From NCBI GenBank assembly GCA_963803805.1, contig CAWDOD010000009.1, forward strand, positions 96,001-160,000: a stretch of 64,000 nt of DNA, given 5' to 3'. This stretch comes from an uncultured cyanobacterium. GTDB taxonomy: Bacteria; Cyanobacteriota; Cyanobacteriia; Cyanobacteriales; CAWCAG01. A model generated the notes under the pieces. The model was not told the DNA's origin and did not search any database. It saw nothing but the letters and a program-made list of their open reading frames with translations. The position numbers and the translations under genes are program-made. Of the stretch, positions 62,040 through 64,000 are shown in pieces; the first letter of the stretch is position 1, and each line of letters opens with the position of its first letter.

Positions 62040-63134
62040 ATGACCGATATTACTGTTAAATTACCCCAGAACTCTTATCAAATTGCGATCGCTCCTGGTA
62101 TTTTGCCCCAAGTTGGGGAATTGATGCAACCCCTTGGGTTAGGAAAGAAAGTATTAGTTGTTTCCAACCCAGAGATTTTCGCCCATTATGGCAACACAAT
62201 CCTCAACTCCCTTGAATCAGTTGGTTTTAAAGTTTTTTATCACCTCCTTCCTGCGGGAGAACAGTTTAAAAATCTCAGTTCTATCGAAAAACTCTATGAC
62301 ACAGCCTTAGAAAAACATCTCGAACGTTCCTCTACTTTGCTTGCTTTGGGGGGAGGAGTGATTGGTGATATGACTGGGTTTGCAGCAGCCACCTGGTTGA
62401 GGGGCATTAACTTCGTGCAAGTCCCCACCTCCTTATTAGCAATGGTAGATGCTTCGGTAGGGGGGAAAACAGGGGTTAACCATCCCCAAGGCAAAAACCT
62501 CATCGGGGCATTTTATCAACCTAAATTAGTAGTTATAGATCCCCAAGTTTTGGGAACTTTACCCATCAGAGAATTTCGCGCAGGTATGGCAGAAGTGATT
62601 AAATATGGTGTAATTTGGGATGCGAGTTTATTTAATGAACTAGAAGCAAGCAAAGCTTTAGATAGATTAGAAAACATCACTACAGAACTTTTGCAAACTA
62701 TCCTTATTCATTCTTGTCAAGCAAAAGTAGATGTAGTTAGTCAAGATGAAAAAGAAGCAGGCATCAGAGCTATCTTAAACTACGGCCATACCATCGGTCA
62801 CGCAGTTGAAAGCTTAACTGCTTATAAAACTGTTAACCATGGTGAAGCTGTAGCTATAGGTATGGTAGCAGCCGGGGCGATCGCGACTAAAATGCAGATG
62901 TGGAACCCTGAAGATAGTCAGCGACAAAATGAGTTAATTGCGAAAGTTGGTTTGCCCACAGCAATCCCTGAACAATTGCATAGTCAAGAAATTATTGCGG
63001 CTTTGCAAAGCGACAAGAAAGTGAAAGCGGGGAAAGTACGTTTTGTGTTACCTACGGCAATTGGTAAAGTAACTATCACCGATCAAGTTACACCGGAATT
63101 ATTGCAGGAAGTTATTGAAGATTGCTTCGTGTAA
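62040..63134 (+). CDS. aroB: 3-dehydroquinate synthase
   Basis: [34 protein letters not shown]. Confidence 0.96.
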   Translation: MTDITVKLPQNSYQIAIAPGILPQVGELMQPLGLGKKVLVVSNPEIFAHYGNTILNSLESVGFKVFYHLLPAGEQFKNLSSIEKLYDTALEKHLERSSTLLALGGGVIGDMTGFAAATWLRGINFVQVPTSLLAMVDASVGGKTGVNHPQGKNLIGAFYQPKLVVIDPQVLGTLPIREFRAGMAEVIKYGVIWDASLFNELEASKALDRLENITTELLQTILIHSCQAKVDVVSQDEKEAGIRAILNYGHTIGHAVESLTAYKTVNHGEAVAIGMVAAGAIATKMQMWNPEDSQRQNELIAKVGLPTAIPEQLHSQEIIAALQSDKKVKAGKVRFVLPTAIGKVTITDQVTPELLQEVIEDCFV

Positions 63135-63136
63135 TA

Positions 63137-64000
63137 TTACTTAACCCTTTGGGAAGTATCTCTAACACTGAGATAACGATCTGTACGAATTGTTTGTAAA
63201 ACTGAACCTACTTCTTCTTCATTTTCTCCTAGAGTACTAAGAATTTGTCTACCCATTTCTAAGGCTGCTTCAAATTCAGGTTGTACTACTTCATTTGCAC
63301 CTATTTTAGTTAAGAAATCTATTTCTTTGTCACTATGTGAACGTGCAACTATATCTATTTTAGAATTGATTTTTAGGGCTTGTATGAGCAAAATACGGGT
63401 ACTAGAAGGATCGGGCAAGGCGATTGCTAAAGCTTTAGCCTGCCCTAAATGACATTTACTCAAAACCATTTCAGAATCAGCATCCCCAAAAATATAAGGG
63501 ATTTCTTCTTGACGTAAACGCCTAATTCCAGCCTCACTATTTTCAATAACTAATAGAGGATAACCGCGATCGCTTAATACCTTGACAATAACTCTACCAA
63601 CTCTCCCGTAACCGGCTACCACTATATGGTTGCAAATGGTTTCAGGTATGGACATGGGTCTATTTTGTTGTTGCTTTTCTAAATAATTAGCAATTATGGG
63701 GATGGTGGCTAGTTTCTGGGCAATTTCTGGAGAGAATTTCATGCCGATGGGAGTTAAAACCAGAGTTATTGCTGTTGTACCGATGAGAAGATCATATTGT
63801 TCTTGATTAATAAAGCCAAGTCTTTCTCCCAATAATGCCAATACAAAAGAAAATTCTCCAATTTGATTCAAGCCCAAACTAGTAATTATAGCGGTTTTAA
63901 AAGAATAGCCAAACTGCCAAATAATGGGAAACACAATGCTAGCCTTACCTAACATTACTAAGGTGACAAACCCTATGATTATGCCCAAGTTTTCCCAGAG
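63137..64000 (-). CDS. CPA2 cation:proton antiporter with TrkA-N (KTN) domain (5' truncated by window edge)
   Basis: QIGEFSFVL, VVAGYGRVG, GDA, PEFEAA. Confidence 0.88.
   Translation of the reverse strand, partial: LWENLGIIIGFVTLVMLGKASIVFPIIWQFGYSFKTAIITSLGLNQIGEFSFVLALLGERLGFINQEQYDLLIGTTAITLVLTPIGMKFSPEIAQKLATIPIIANYLEKQQQNRPMSIPETICNHIVVAGYGRVGRVIVKVLSDRGYPLLVIENSEAGIRRLRQEEIPYIFGDADSEMVLSKCHLGQAKALAIALPDPSSTRILLIQALKINSKIDIVARSHSDKEIDFLTKIGANEVVQPEFEAALEMGRQILSTLGENEEEVGSVLQTIRTDRYLSVRDTSQRVK

Overview
AT-rich cyanobacterial chromosome segment, judged from frequent HIP1 GCGATCGC octamers, heptamer STRR repeats, ycf46, DUF1995, DUF3172 and a PEP-CTERM protein. It is mostly housekeeping and signalling genes: shc, gyrB, miaA, folC, an RNase III-family gene, the rpmH-rnpA-PH-yidC-jag-yceD-ycf46 cluster, several hybrid kinases, a GAF adenylate cyclase, hsp20, a porin, aroB and a CPA2 antiporter. 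Accessory parts include secreted SBBP/PEP-CTERM and RTX proteins, a fused IS1/ISKra4 remnant, a PIN toxin-antitoxin-like pair between gyrB and shc, and a secreted protein with a long Asp/Glu/Ser repeat tract. The most notable locus is the co-oriented minus-strand run at 38.8-47.5 kb. It holds a dead-retropepsin membrane fusion, an SBP-OmpA protein, a HypB/GhaB-like GTPase lacking its Ni-ligand His, a guanidine-type ABC transporter with no adjacent hydrolase, hypA or riboswitch, NiSOD (sodN/sodX) with a Fur-type box, and an atypical PII (S49N, E85K) with an NtcA box. Two genes (the SNF2 helicase and the DAHL kinase) are split by apparent 1-nt deletions in T runs. All family assignments come from motif recognition, not database searches.
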